Assembly (NCBI GenBank): GCA_015492495.1
Contig: WGEY01000069.1
Location: forward strand, 1 to 61,563
Reading direction: 5' to 3'
DNA from: Deltaproteobacteria bacterium
GTDB taxonomy: Bacteria > Desulfobacterota > GWC2-55-46 > DRQE01
DNA length: 61,563 nucleotides
The notes below the pieces were generated by a model. That model did no database searches. It saw only the letters and a list, made by a program, of their open reading frames with translations, and was not told the DNA's origin. Below are positions 49,167 through 59,855 of the stretch, piece by piece. A program made the position numbers and the translations under genes. Within the stretch, counting starts at the first letter, position 1; each line of letters begins with the position of its first letter.

Positions 49167-50192
49167 TCACTCTTCGGCCCTCTCATACTGTTTCGGCCAC
49201 TCGACCTTGACCCCGAGCGACCTTGCGGCGGCAAGCGGCCAGTAGGGGTTGCGGAGGAGCTCCCTTCCAAGCGCCACCATGTCCGCCCTGTGGTTGGCCA
49301 CGATCTCCTCGGCAAGTTCGGCCCCTTTTATGCAGCCCACCGCAATGGTCTTCACACCAAGCCGCTCTTTCAGCGCCGAGGAGTAAGGTACCTGGTAGCC
49401 AGGAAAGACGCGACCGGGCCCCACGGGCGCTATGCCGCCAGAGGATACATGCCATATATCCACGCCTTCATCCTTGAGCGCATCCACGATTCCTATTGTG
49501 TCATCGAGCTCCATGCCCCCAGGTATGTGGTCCACCGCGGAAATGCGCACTGAAAGCGGCCTTTTCTCCGGCCACTCCTCTCTCACCGCCGCTATCACCT
49601 CCTTAAGGAGGCGAGCGCGGTTGGCCGGCGGGCCGCCGTAGCCGTCGGTACGCCTGTTCGTCACCGGCGAGAGGAACTCGTTCAGTAGGTACCCGTGTGC
49701 GGCATGTACCTCAACGAGGTCGAACCCGGCCCGTCTCGCCCTCTTGGCGGCCTCCGCAAAGGCTGCGACGATCTTTTCGATGCCGTCGGCCGTGAGCTCT
49801 TCGGGCGTGGCGTATTCCTCGTCAAAGGCGATGGCCGACGGGGCTACCGGGACCGATCCCCTCGCCCCGGACTTTCTGCCGGCATGGGCTATCTGGAGGC
49901 CTATCTTGGCACCGTGGCTGTGGACGTTGTCGGTGATCCTCTTGAGCATGGGAATGTGTTCATCGGACCATATCCCGAGATCATAGTCGCTTATGCGGCC
50001 GCGGGGCTCCACAGCCGTGGCTTCCATGATGATGAGCCCTGCTCCGCCCACCGCCCTCGTGACGTAATGGATGAGGTGCCAGTCATTCGCCATGCCGTCG
50101 GTTGCGGCCGAGTACTGGCACATGGGCGGCATCACTATCCTGTTCCGGATCTCGAGTTCCCTTAGGGTGACGGGTGTGAAGAGTTTGCTCAT
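49167..50192 (-). CDS. namA: NADPH dehydrogenase NamA (old yellow enzyme family)
   Basis: NRIVM.PMCQYSA, Q.AHAGRK, HAAHGYLL.EFLSP, GRELLRNPYW and QY.RA motifs. Confidence 0.92.
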   Translation of the reverse strand: MSKLFTPVTLRELEIRNRIVMPPMCQYSAATDGMANDWHLIHYVTRAVGGAGLIIMEATAVEPRGRISDYDLGIWSDEHIPMLKRITDNVHSHGAKIGLQIAHAGRKSGARGSVPVAPSAIAFDEEYATPEELTADGIEKIVAAFAEAAKRARRAGFDLVEVHAAHGYLLNEFLSPVTNRRTDGYGGPPANRARLLKEVIAAVREEWPEKRPLSVRISAVDHIPGGMELDDTIGIVDALKDEGVDIWHVSSGGIAPVGPGRVFPGYQVPYSSALKERLGVKTIAVGCIKGAELAEEIVANHRADMVALGRELLRNPYWPLAAARSLGVKVEWPKQYERAEE

Positions 50193-50220
50193 ACAGGAGC
50201 CCCCCTTAGATGGAAGCACA

Positions 50221-50889
50221 TCAGTACCTCTGGTATACCCACTTGACCCTGCCGATTATGAAGTCTTCACCGATGTTCTTAGTCGGAATGGTCGTCTCAG
50301 GAAAGGTCGGGTTGTCGGGTTTCAGGACTATGCGGTCCGGATAGACGAAGACCCTCTTTATGGTGGCGCCTTCGTAGTTGAGCCATACGGCGTAGAGCTT
50401 CCCGCTTATGAGGTGACGGTCCCTCGTGTCGACCCCCACGGTCGCACCGTCGAGGATGCTGGGCTCCATGCTGTCTCCCTCGACCCTTATGACGACCATC
50501 CCATCCTTGTAGTCCCTCTTGGGGATGGATACCGCGTCGATGGGCTCACCCTTGGGAAACTCCTTCGGCCCCCTGGAGCCGGCCATGCCGTAGACCTCTA
50601 CCGTCACGTACTCTTCGCAGTAGACCGGATGCGCATTCTCTCCGGTGCTCTTCAGCTCCTTGGCGCTGTAGACGAACATGGGCCCCTTGCCCGTCAAGAG
50701 CCAGTCGAGGGAAACAGAGCCGAGGCTGGCGATCTTGCAGAGGGTCTGGATGTCCGGGCTCCTCTTGTTCTTTTCGTAGTCGCTTATCGTGGCTACCCTG
50801 GAGAAGCCGAGCTTGTTGGCGAATGCCGCCTGGTTTATGTGCAGGAGTTCGTCCCTTATGTGTTTTATTCTTTCACCGAGCGTTGACAT
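50221..50889 (-). CDS. XRE HTH plus S24 peptidase repressor (CI/LexA-like)
   Basis: HTH_3 N-terminus (Q..FA..LG.S...IS.YE, DWLLTG), AG cleavage-like site, GDSMEP serine and IKR lysine. Confidence 0.92.
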   Translation of the reverse strand: MSTLGERIKHIRDELLHINQAAFANKLGFSRVATISDYEKNKRSPDIQTLCKIASLGSVSLDWLLTGKGPMFVYSAKELKSTGENAHPVYCEEYVTVEVYGMAGSRGPKEFPKGEPIDAVSIPKRDYKDGMVVIRVEGDSMEPSILDGATVGVDTRDRHLISGKLYAVWLNYEGATIKRVFVYPDRIVLKPDNPTFPETTIPTKNIGEDFIIGRVKWVYQRY

Positions 50890-50892
50890 CTC

Positions 50893-50946
50893 TTACACGA
50901 AAACGTAAAAAACCCTTTGACAAAAATACGCAACATGGTATATAAT
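50893..50946. promoter_or_regulatory. Divergent control region with two WTAC-N8-GTAW boxes and a rightward promoter
   Basis: TTAC-N8-GTAA at 50893-50908 and ATAC-N8-GTAT at 50926-50941; TTGACA at 50917 with TATAAT at 50941 (18-nt spacer). Confidence 0.55.
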
Positions 50947-51138
50947 GCGAAATCAACCGATAATCAATTACGCACATCGTGTTTTGAGGACGATTCCGCT
51001 TTAGATTACGTTTACACTGCAGGCATGCCCGGTAAGGTCTGCCCCCTCGCACAAGGGGGGCGGCTTCTGCCGGCACCTTAGGGCAGGTTATAATTGTTAT
51101 AGCATGAGAGGATTCTAACGTCAAGAGGGAGGTTCATC

Positions 51139-51633
51139 ATGCGTGTAAATCATACAGATGTAATTGAAAGAATGAAACGTGCGGGAGGGCTTAAGAACGA
51201 TTCAAGGCTTGCAAGGGCGCTCGGGGTAACCCCCCAGGCGCTTTCCAATTACAAGAAAAGGGGCAAGGTGCCTTCTGACCTCATCCTCAAGTTCGCCGGC
51301 ATGAACGGGTTGAGCGTGGACTGGCTCTTGACAGGCGAGGGGCACAGGTACCTGGCGGAACGCGAAGGCGGTAAGGGCGCCGCGGGTGCCTCACACGGAG
51401 AGGTGGCGCGGGGGTTTGCGAAGTTCGCGGCGCTGACCCCGGATGAGCTGATCTATATCGGCAAGCTCCTCAGGATAATGCGTTCCTCCGACAGCTCCAC
51501 ATCCGAGGTCCTCAAGTGGAGCATAGATGCCTTCCTCAAGGCCGTCGAGTCATCCGGCGATGAGAAAACGAAGGGCCGCTGCGAAGAAGGTATAGAGCAG
51601 CCGTCGGACAACGGCGGCAACGAGGGCTGCTGA
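51139..51633 (+). CDS. Phage CI-repressor-type HTH protein (no peptidase domain)
   Basis: VIER+.......LA..LGV....LSNY.KRG.VP......SVDWLLTG pattern; GGAGG RBS. Confidence 0.82.
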   Translation: MRVNHTDVIERMKRAGGLKNDSRLARALGVTPQALSNYKKRGKVPSDLILKFAGMNGLSVDWLLTGEGHRYLAEREGGKGAAGASHGEVARGFAKFAALTPDELIYIGKLLRIMRSSDSSTSEVLKWSIDAFLKAVESSGDEKTKGRCEEGIEQPSDNGGNEGC

Positions 51634-51808
51634 CAGATCCCTGACACTGTGGGCAATGCGGGGCTCCCCTGTATCGGCCTGCTACTCAGAGCGGGCCGTC
51701 CAACCTCTCCAGTCTCCAATCCCCGCGGCTAATGAGCTCACCGCACCTTCTCGAGCCCGGATCGAGGTATAGGGGCTTAAACACCCTTCCCCTTACCTCT
51801 CAATAACC

Positions 51809-51837
51809 TTGACAGAGCCATAAATCCTTAATAATAT
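51809..51837 (+). promoter_or_regulatory. Candidate gyrA promoter
   Basis: TTGACA-17 nt-TAATAT in an AT-rich context. Confidence 0.6.
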
Positions 51838-51896
51838 AAAACATTAGCCGATCATATCCAACCGTTGTTTTTATCGCCATGGAGGTGTAAGTAGGT

Positions 51897-54338
51897 ATGG
51901 CCCAGGAACAGATCCCGGTCGCTATCGAAGACGAGATGCAGAAGTCCTACATGGACTATGCCATGAGCGTCATTATAGGCAGGGCACTTCCCGACGTACG
52001 CGACGGACTCAAGCCGGTCCACAGAAGGATCATCTACGCGATGCACGAGATGGGGGTCGAGTGGAACAAGCCCTACAAGAAGTCCGCCCGCGTGGTCGGA
52101 GACGTCATCGGTAAATACCACCCCCATGGCGACGCCGCGGTCTACGATGCGATAACCCGCATGGTCCAGGACTTCTCCCTGCGCTATCCCCTCATAGACG
52201 GCCAGGGCAACTTCGGATCCATTGACGGCGATCCACCGGCCGCCATGCGTTACACAGAGGTGCGCATGTCCAGGCTCGCCTGCGACCTCCTCGGCGACAT
52301 AGGAAAGGAGACCGTCGACTTCATGCCCAACTACGACGGCTCGCTCTCCGAGCCGGTCGTACTGCCTGCGGCCTTCCCGAACCTCCTTGTAAACGGCTCC
52401 TCGGGCATTGCCGTGGGCATGGCCACGAACATGCCGCCGCACAACATCTCCGAGGTGATAGATGCCATAATACACCTGATACGGAACCCGGAGGCCACCG
52501 TGGATGAGCTCATGGAGATCATCCCGGGTCCAGACTTCCCCACCGGCGGCTTCATCTACGGGGTGGAGGGCATAAAGGAGGCCTACAGGACCGGAAGGGG
52601 TATCATACAGCTCAGGGCCAGGGTAAACGTCGAAACGCACCCCAGGACCGGAAGGGTGAGCCTTGTCATAACCGAAGTGCCCTACATGGTCAACAAGGCC
52701 AAGCTCATCGAGAAGATAGCGGACCTGGTCAGGGACAAGAAGATAGAGGGCATCTCGGACATACGGGACGAGTCCGACAGGGAGGGGATGAGGGTCGTCA
52801 TAGAACTCAAGAAGGACGAGATAGCCGAGATCGTGCTGAACAACCTCTACCTCCACACCCAGATGAAGGCGTCCTTCGGCGTGATAAACCTCGCTCTGGT
52901 CGACGGCCAGCCCCGCGTGCTCAACCTGGTGGAGCTCCTCGGGCAGTTCATAGGCTTCAGGAAAGAGGTCGTGACCAGGCGGCTCGCCTTTGACCTCAGG
53001 AAGGCACGCGAACGCGCGCATATCCTGGAGGGGTTGAAGATAGCCATAGACAACCTCGACAGGGTCATAAAGCTCATAAGGGCTTCGAAAAGCCCCCAGG
53101 AGGCCAGGCAGGGGCTCATGGATAACTTCGGGCTTACCGCGGTGCAGGCGCAGGCCATACTGGACATGAGGCTCCAGAGGCTTACAGCGCTCGAAAGGGA
53201 CAAGATAATCACCGAGTACAAGGAGGTCAAGGCGCTCATAAGGAAGATAGAGGAGATCCTCGGAAGCGAGAAGCTCCTCATGGGCGTCATCGTCGACGAG
53301 CTCGAGGAGATAAAGCAGAGATACGGCGACGAGAGGAGAACCGAGATCGTCGCAATGCAGGGCGAGATAACGCTGGAGGATGTCATAGCCGAGGAGGATA
53401 TGGTCGTCACCATATCGTACCGCGGCTACATAAAGAGAAACCCCACGAGCCTTTTCAGGATACAGCGTAGAGGCGGCAAGGGGAAGATGGGGATGACCAC
53501 CAGGGACGAGGACTTTGTTTCGAGCCTGTTTGTCGCATCCACCCACAGCCACATACTCTTCTTCACGGACAGGGGCAAGGCCTATTCCCGCAAGGTCTAC
53601 GACCTTCCTCAGGCCGGAAGGGCCGCAAGGGGCAGGGCCATAGTCAACATACTAAACCTCTCGCCGGGCGAGAGGATATCCGCCTACCTGCCTGTGAGGG
53701 AGTTCGAGAGCGGCAAGTACGTGGTAATGGGCACCAGCCGCGGTGTGGTCAAGAAGACCGATCTCATGGCCTTCTCCCACATACGTTCCGGCGGGATAAT
53801 CGCGGTCAACCTGGACGAGGGCGACAGCCTCATAGGGGCCCGCCTCACCGACGGACACAGGGGCATATTCATCGGCACGCGCAATGGAATGGCCATAAGG
53901 TTCAACGAGGACGAGGTAAGGGAGATGGGACGCCAGGCCAGGGGTGTGAGGGGGATAAGGCTCGGCAAGGGTGACAGGGTCGTGGCCATGGAGGCCCTCG
54001 ACGAGGACACGACGATACTGACCGTCACCGAAAGGGGCTACGGCAAGAGGACGATGCTATCGGAGTACCGCACCCAGTCAAGGGGCGGAAGCGGCATCAT
54101 CAACATAAAGGTGACCGCAAAGAACGGCCCGGTCGTTGGCATAGCGCAGGTCAAGGACACCGACGAGGTGATGATCACCACGAGCAAGGGCAAGATCATA
54201 AGGATCGACGTCAAGGACGTATCCGTCATAGGGAGAAACACCCAGGGCGTAAAGCTGATGGACATAGAGGACGACGAGGTGGTTACGGATATCGCTCTTA
54301 TAGCGGACAAGGAAGACAAGTTGACCGTGGTCGACTGA
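51897..54338 (+). CDS. gyrA: DNA gyrase subunit A
   Basis: [26 protein letters not shown] and GyrA-box QRRGGKG. Confidence 0.97.
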   Translation: MAQEQIPVAIEDEMQKSYMDYAMSVIIGRALPDVRDGLKPVHRRIIYAMHEMGVEWNKPYKKSARVVGDVIGKYHPHGDAAVYDAITRMVQDFSLRYPLIDGQGNFGSIDGDPPAAMRYTEVRMSRLACDLLGDIGKETVDFMPNYDGSLSEPVVLPAAFPNLLVNGSSGIAVGMATNMPPHNISEVIDAIIHLIRNPEATVDELMEIIPGPDFPTGGFIYGVEGIKEAYRTGRGIIQLRARVNVETHPRTGRVSLVITEVPYMVNKAKLIEKIADLVRDKKIEGISDIRDESDREGMRVVIELKKDEIAEIVLNNLYLHTQMKASFGVINLALVDGQPRVLNLVELLGQFIGFRKEVVTRRLAFDLRKARERAHILEGLKIAIDNLDRVIKLIRASKSPQEARQGLMDNFGLTAVQAQAILDMRLQRLTALERDKIITEYKEVKALIRKIEEILGSEKLLMGVIVDELEEIKQRYGDERRTEIVAMQGEITLEDVIAEEDMVVTISYRGYIKRNPTSLFRIQRRGGKGKMGMTTRDEDFVSSLFVASTHSHILFFTDRGKAYSRKVYDLPQAGRAARGRAIVNILNLSPGERISAYLPVREFESGKYVVMGTSRGVVKKTDLMAFSHIRSGGIIAVNLDEGDSLIGARLTDGHRGIFIGTRNGMAIRFNEDEVREMGRQARGVRGIRLGKGDRVVAMEALDEDTTILTVTERGYGKRTMLSEYRTQSRGGSGIINIKVTAKNGPVVGIAQVKDTDEVMITTSKGKIIRIDVKDVSVIGRNTQGVKLMDIEDDEVVTDIALIADKEDKLTVVD

Positions 54339-54453
54339 GGCACACAAAAGCAACCCCCGGAAGCGAACCCCCTGCAAGCAATGCGCTTTGCCCGTCCGCA
54401 AGGACGGCTCCGGAGTTTCCATGTGGTCAATCAGGGGTTTCCCGAGATCGAAG

Positions 54454-55305
54454 ATGGCCGTACCTGCACAAAACCCATCCCATGCCCCTACAAGAAGGAG
54501 GATCACCTTGCTTGCGGCGGTCCTCGCCGCAGGCATCCTTTTCACGGTCCTTGCGGCCGGCTGCAGCCCGCGGGGAGACGAGAAGGCCTTCCACCAGGCC
54601 GAGGACGCCCTGGGCCGCGGCGAATACCTCGAGGCCGCGGCCCTCTACAGGAGCTTCATCACTAATTACCCCGACAGCCCCCTCGCCCCCGAGGGCCAGT
54701 ACAAGATAAGCTACATATACAGCCGCCATGTCCGTGACCTCAGGAAGGCGATGGATGCCTATTCCATGCTCTTCTACCTCTACCCGGAAAGCCCTCAGGC
54801 CGTTACGGCAAGGGAGGACAGGGCCGAGCTCTTCTCCTCCAGGAAGGAGTACAGAAAGGCTATTGCGGACTATGCCTGGCTCCTCGAGAACGGCCCCCCG
54901 GAGAAGAACGACCTCTACAGGTACAATATAGCCATGGAGTACATAAAGATGAACGACTTCCGGCAGGCGAGGATAGAGCTGGAAGAGCTCCTCAAGAATA
55001 TACCGTCGACCCCCCTCGCCCCGCAGGTGTACTACCAGATAGCCACCACCCATTACCTCGAGGGCAACCTCGAAGAGGCCGTCAAGGGGTACGACTCGGT
55101 CATCTCAAAGTTTCCCGACAACCCCATTTGCATAGAAGCACGGTTGGGCAAGGCCACGGCGCTCGAGGAGGCCGGCAGCCTCACCGAGGCGCTGGCGCTT
55201 CTAGAGGAGCTCAAGGACGAGTATTCGAACACGGACGTCGTCAAGATAAGGATAAAATCCACCAGGGAGAGGCTCAAAAAGGAGCCGAGGCTCAGGAAAA
55301 GATGA
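54454..55305 (+). CDS. TPR lipoprotein (BamD/YbgF-like)
   Basis: Lipobox LAAG-C and repeated YP.S..A TPR pairs; start uncertain. Confidence 0.78.
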   Translation: MAVPAQNPSHAPTRRRITLLAAVLAAGILFTVLAAGCSPRGDEKAFHQAEDALGRGEYLEAAALYRSFITNYPDSPLAPEGQYKISYIYSRHVRDLRKAMDAYSMLFYLYPESPQAVTAREDRAELFSSRKEYRKAIADYAWLLENGPPEKNDLYRYNIAMEYIKMNDFRQARIELEELLKNIPSTPLAPQVYYQIATTHYLEGNLEEAVKGYDSVISKFPDNPICIEARLGKATALEEAGSLTEALALLEELKDEYSNTDVVKIRIKSTRERLKKEPRLRKR

Positions 55306-55337
55306 CCTTTGATGCACCTCCCTGCGCCTCCCATCGG

Positions 55338-56351
55338 ATGAACACTCTCATGGAGACATTCGCAGTCATCGGTGCCGGAAGCTGGGGGACCACCCTGGCG
55401 GACCTTCTCGCGCGGAAGGGGTACGGCGTAAGGCTCTGGACGAGGAACCCGGAGCTTTCGCGCCTGATCGAGGAGGGTCGCGAGAACAAGCCGTATCTTC
55501 CAGGGGTGAGGTTGCCGGAGAACCTCACGGCCACCTCTTCCCTTGCCGATGCGGTCGAGGGCGCCTCGATGATCGTGTGCGCCGTACCCTCCCACGGCAT
55601 AAGGGAGGTCTTCAAGGATATCCGGTCCCGCATCTCCGGCGAGGCGCTTGTAGTCAGCGCCTCGAAGGGGATCGAACAGGGGACGCATCTGACCTGTTGC
55701 GGGATCCTCGAAGAGGTTTTCCCGGAAGGCGTCCACGGGAATATCGCTGTGCTCTCGGGGCCGACCTTCGCAAAAGAGGTGAGCAGGGGGCTTCCTGCCG
55801 CCGCCTGTGCGGCCTCACGTTCCGGCGAGGTTGCGCTCCGCGTACAGAGGATCTTCTCGACGCCGTACTTCCGGGTCTATACGAACCCGGACCGCATCGG
55901 CGTTGAACTCGGTGGCGCCTTGAAGAACGTAATGGCGCTCGCGGCCGGTGCATCGGACGGTCTCGGCCTCGGCAACAACGCCAGGGCAGCGCTCATCACC
56001 AGGGGGCTCGCCGAGATGTCGAGGCTGGGCACAAAGATGGGGGCTGATCCCAGGACCTTCTACGGGCTTTCGGGGCTCGGCGACCTGGTGCTCACATGCA
56101 CCGGGGAGCTTTCCAGAAACCGCAGGGTCGGGGTCGAGATAGGCAGGGGACGAAGCCTCGGGGAGATACTGTCGGAGATGAGGATGGTCGCCGAGGGGGT
56201 GAAGACATCCCTTGCCGTAAGGGAGCTCGCGGCAATGCACGGGATCGAGGTGCCTATCACCGAAGAGGTCTGCAGGGTCCTGTACGAAGGCAAATCCCCT
56301 GAAAGGGCGGTGATGGAGCTGATGACAAGGGAGCTTAAGGGCGAGCTGTGA
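55338..56351 (+). CDS. gpsA: NAD(P)H-dependent glycerol-3-phosphate dehydrogenase
   Basis: GAGSWGT, SKGIE, SGP.FA.EV, GGALKN and GDL.LTC...SRN motifs. Confidence 0.96.
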   Translation: MNTLMETFAVIGAGSWGTTLADLLARKGYGVRLWTRNPELSRLIEEGRENKPYLPGVRLPENLTATSSLADAVEGASMIVCAVPSHGIREVFKDIRSRISGEALVVSASKGIEQGTHLTCCGILEEVFPEGVHGNIAVLSGPTFAKEVSRGLPAAACAASRSGEVALRVQRIFSTPYFRVYTNPDRIGVELGGALKNVMALAAGASDGLGLGNNARAALITRGLAEMSRLGTKMGADPRTFYGLSGLGDLVLTCTGELSRNRRVGVEIGRGRSLGEILSEMRMVAEGVKTSLAVRELAAMHGIEVPITEEVCRVLYEGKSPERAVMELMTRELKGEL

Positions 56352-56686
56352 ACCCCCGTTTTACGCCCCTTAGGTACGCCGGATTTTTTTCTGTTTTTGT
56401 GTGTGATTTCACTTTACCACGCGGCGGCACCTGCCGATGAAACAATATGCATCCCCCGGGGTCCCGGGGATACGGACGGTCTTTAACAGGGGAAGGAAAC
56501 CACGTGCGCCGTCCGGCACGGCGGCCTCTGCAGCCGACCCCCTCATACCCTAATACCGGGACGGGAGAAGAGCTCACGGCAGGAGATACAACCAGGGTGC
56601 GGGGCCGAACCTGCGACACTTTGTATGGCACCCCGCAAGCCCCTTGACCCGCTGCTGCATCCGGGGCCGGCAACAGGATCGTTTTC

Positions 56687-59065
56687 ATGTACAGAAGGAG
56701 CATCCACTACAAAATATTGACCATCGTGGTAGGGGTCCTGGCCGTGGGGGTGTTCGTCGCCTCGTACTGGGCCCTGAAGAACGAGAAGAAGCGTTTCCTC
56801 GAGGAAAAGCTGATGATGAGCAGGCTCATGTCCCGTACGGTCCTCAGCGCCATCTACAAAGACATGATAGAGGGCCGCGCCGACATGGCCCGCCATCTCA
56901 TGGACATCCTGAGGACCGAGCAGGGGGTCACAAGGGTCCAGATCATAAGGAGCAACGGACGAGAAGAGGCCTTCCGCGACTTCAAAACGATCGAGGCCGT
57001 AAAGCAGAGGCTGGGCACCCTGAGGCCCGAGTGGCTCGATGACCACTCGAGCGTTACGGACAATGTAGCAGAGGGTGTAGACGACCCGGGATTCAGGGAT
57101 GCGCTCAGTGTCTTCAGGAAGGACTGGACGAGCGAGCCCGTGTATTACACCGAACGGGGCGGCAGGCAGTTCACCTACCTTCAGCCCATCGCCGAGCGCG
57201 AGGACTGCCGGACATGCCACGGAGCCGAGGACGCAAGGGGTATACTCATGATCTCCTTTTCCCTCGACGGCATGTACGGTGTACTGAGCAGGAACAGGAA
57301 CCAGTGGATCTTCTCGGGGCTTGCGGCCATATTCATAGGCAGCGTACTGCTTTCGCTCCTGATAAGAAGGACCGTCACCGGCCCCATACAGAAGACAGTC
57401 GAGGTCATAGAGGGTATCACCGAGGGCAAGGGGAACATAACGCAGAGGGCGGAGGTCTCATCGAACGACGAAATAGGTTACCTCGCAAAGGCCTTCAACA
57501 CCATGCTCGACTCCCTCGAGAAGAGGGACGAGGAGAACAGGCTGCTTCTTAAGAAGATAGAGAAGAGCCGCAAGGAGTGGGTGACCACATTCGACGCCAT
57601 CCAGGACCTCATATCCATCCATGACAACAACTACAACATCATAAGGGTGAACAAGGCCCTTGCCGCAAGGTTCAACTGCGAGCCGAGGGACCTCATAGGG
57701 AAGAAGTGCTTCAATGTCTTCAATTGCGGCAGCAAGCCCAATCCGCTCTGCCCCCACTCCAGGACCCTCGCCACGGGCACGGTGGCCACGGACGAGGACA
57801 CAGGCGAGCTCGGGCTCAAGGGCAACTTCAACGTCACCACCTTCCCCATATTCAATGACGACGGCGACGTGGTCGCGACCGTACATATAGCCAGGGACGT
57901 TACGCAGGAGAAGATACTCGAACAGCGGCTCCTGCACTCCGAGAAGATGGCAAGCCTCGGCAAGCTCGTCGCAGGCATAGCCCACGAGCTTAACAACCCC
58001 CTCATGGGCATAATGGGCTTCAGCCAGCTCCTCATGGAGATGCCCGGCGACAGGAGGATGGAGGAGGCCAAGGACAAGCTCGACAGGATATTCCGCGAGT
58101 CCATGAGGACCGCCAAGATAGTACAGAACCTCCTGACCTTCGCCAGGGCCAAGAAGCCCGAGAGGGGACTGCACAACATAAACAACGTTCTGAGGGATAC
58201 GCTCGAGCTCCGGGGGTACTCGCTCAAGGCCAGCAACATAGAGGTCGTGGAGGACCTCTCCGAGGACATACCCAAGTCAATGGTCGACTACTACCAGCTC
58301 CAGCAGGTCTTCATCAACATCATAAGCAACGCGGTCGACGCCATGGTGAGCTACAGGGGCAAGGGCAGGCTCGAGATAAGGACGAGGCTCAAGGGCCGGA
58401 TGATAGAGATAACACTGGCCGACGACGGTCCGGGCATACCGCAGGATGTCATAACCAACGTCTTTGATCCGTTCTTCACAACGAAGGATGTGGGCAAGGG
58501 CACCGGACTCGGGCTCTCCATAAGCCACGGCATCATAAGGGAACACGGCGGATGGATAGATGTGAAGAGCCCGCGCGGCGGCGGAACGGTAGTGACCATC
58601 GAGCTTCCGGTCTCGGGACAGGAGGCAGGAGGCGAAGGACTTACGGCGGACGGTACCGTGAAACCCCTCTCGCCTATAGCCGGCTCCAGGATACTCGTGG
58701 TCGATGACGAGGCGAGCATAAGGGATGCGTTGACGTACATCCTTTCCGCCAAGGGGTTCAACGTGACCGCGGCCGGTGACGGCGTGGAGGCGCTCGAGGT
58801 CTTTTCGCGCGAGAAGTTCTCCCTTGCCATAGTGGACATAAAGATGCCCGGAATGAACGGCATGGAACTCTTCAAGCATATCCGCGAGAAGCACCCTGAC
58901 CTGAAGGACAGGGTGCTCTTCCTCACCGGCGATGTCTTCAGCGAGGACGTCAAGGATTTTCTCAAGGACACGGGATGTCCCTGCCTCACCAAGCCCTTTG
59001 AAGTGAACGAGCTCGTAAGCCTTGTGAGCAGAATACTGAGGGACGGGGTCTCTCCGGCGGTATGA
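56687..59065 (+). CDS. Hybrid sensor histidine kinase with periplasmic heme-c motif, HAMP, PAS, HisKA, HATPase and REC
   Basis: TM-CRTCH-TM; DEIG.LA.AFN.M; AHELNNPL; D.GPG, FFTTK, GTGLGL; C-terminal VDDE/D.KMP/KP. Confidence 0.93.
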   Translation: MYRRSIHYKILTIVVGVLAVGVFVASYWALKNEKKRFLEEKLMMSRLMSRTVLSAIYKDMIEGRADMARHLMDILRTEQGVTRVQIIRSNGREEAFRDFKTIEAVKQRLGTLRPEWLDDHSSVTDNVAEGVDDPGFRDALSVFRKDWTSEPVYYTERGGRQFTYLQPIAEREDCRTCHGAEDARGILMISFSLDGMYGVLSRNRNQWIFSGLAAIFIGSVLLSLLIRRTVTGPIQKTVEVIEGITEGKGNITQRAEVSSNDEIGYLAKAFNTMLDSLEKRDEENRLLLKKIEKSRKEWVTTFDAIQDLISIHDNNYNIIRVNKALAARFNCEPRDLIGKKCFNVFNCGSKPNPLCPHSRTLATGTVATDEDTGELGLKGNFNVTTFPIFNDDGDVVATVHIARDVTQEKILEQRLLHSEKMASLGKLVAGIAHELNNPLMGIMGFSQLLMEMPGDRRMEEAKDKLDRIFRESMRTAKIVQNLLTFARAKKPERGLHNINNVLRDTLELRGYSLKASNIEVVEDLSEDIPKSMVDYYQLQQVFINIISNAVDAMVSYRGKGRLEIRTRLKGRMIEITLADDGPGIPQDVITNVFDPFFTTKDVGKGTGLGLSISHGIIREHGGWIDVKSPRGGGTVVTIELPVSGQEAGGEGLTADGTVKPLSPIAGSRILVVDDEASIRDALTYILSAKGFNVTAAGDGVEALEVFSREKFSLAIVDIKMPGMNGMELFKHIREKHPDLKDRVLFLTGDVFSEDVKDFLKDTGCPCLTKPFEVNELVSLVSRILRDGVSPAV

Positions 59066-59113
59066 GACCGCGGCCCCTTGATCCGGCAACCTCATGAGGA
59101 TCGAAGGTTCCCT

Positions 59114-59803
59114 GTGAAGGTTTCGGTCATCATACCCACACTCAATGAGGAAGGTGTCATAGCGGCCTCCATAGAGTCCGCCGTGAACGGTTGCGGCGGG
59201 GGAAGCGTGGAGGTGATCGTATCCGACGGGGGAAGCTCGGACCGTACCTGCCGCATAGCCGGGAGCATGGGGGCGAAGGTCCTCGAGGCCCCCAGGGGAA
59301 GGGGAGCGCAGATGGACAGGGCTTCAAAGGTCGCCTCCGGCGAGGTCCTCCTCTTTCTGCACGCCGACAGCCGCCTGCCGCCGGGGTGGTACGATGCCGT
59401 AAAGAGAGCCCTTGAGGACGAAGAGGTGGTCGGCGGGGGCTTCACCCTTTACATAGACTCCCCCGGTAGGTGGTTCCGCATCGTTGAGCAGGGGGTGAGG
59501 CTGCGCTCCAGGTGGCTCGGGCTCATCTACGGGGACCAGGCGATATTCGCAAGAAGGAGCGAGTTCCTCAACACCGGTGGGTTCAGAAGACTACCCTTGA
59601 TGGAAGACGTGGATTGTGTTAATAGATTAAAGAGCCGGGGCAGGCTCTGCGTGCTCGAAGAGCGCGTGACGACCTCCGGCCGCAGGTGGGCGAGGTACGG
59701 GACGGTGGCCAACACCCTGAGGAACGGCCTTTTTCTTCTGCTATACTTTTTAGGCGTGTCCCCGCAGAGGCTGTATCTCTGGTATTACGGGACAGGATCA
59801 TAG
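59114..59803 (+). CDS. GT2 glycosyltransferase (TIGR04283-like)
   Basis: SVIIPTLNE, DGGS.D, GR..QM, LFLHAD, YGDQ, LMEDV and TS.RRW motifs. Confidence 0.85.
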   Translation: MKVSVIIPTLNEEGVIAASIESAVNGCGGGSVEVIVSDGGSSDRTCRIAGSMGAKVLEAPRGRGAQMDRASKVASGEVLLFLHADSRLPPGWYDAVKRALEDEEVVGGGFTLYIDSPGRWFRIVEQGVRLRSRWLGLIYGDQAIFARRSEFLNTGGFRRLPLMEDVDCVNRLKSRGRLCVLEERVTTSGRRWARYGTVANTLRNGLFLLLYFLGVSPQRLYLWYYGTGS

Positions 59804-59855
59804 GCGGCCGCTGCAGTAGCTTGAGTATCCTTAAAGACGGAAAGGAGAGGTGATT

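Noticed and set aside
49049-51897. Integrated element at tRNA-Cys
   Set aside because: No integrase and no duplicated tRNA 3' end (att) seen downstream.
51852-53552. Long antisense ORFs opposite gyrA (also opposite ftsH, lysC, the aldolase and others)
   Set aside because: Typical shadow ORFs of GC-rich coding sequence; no recognisable motifs.
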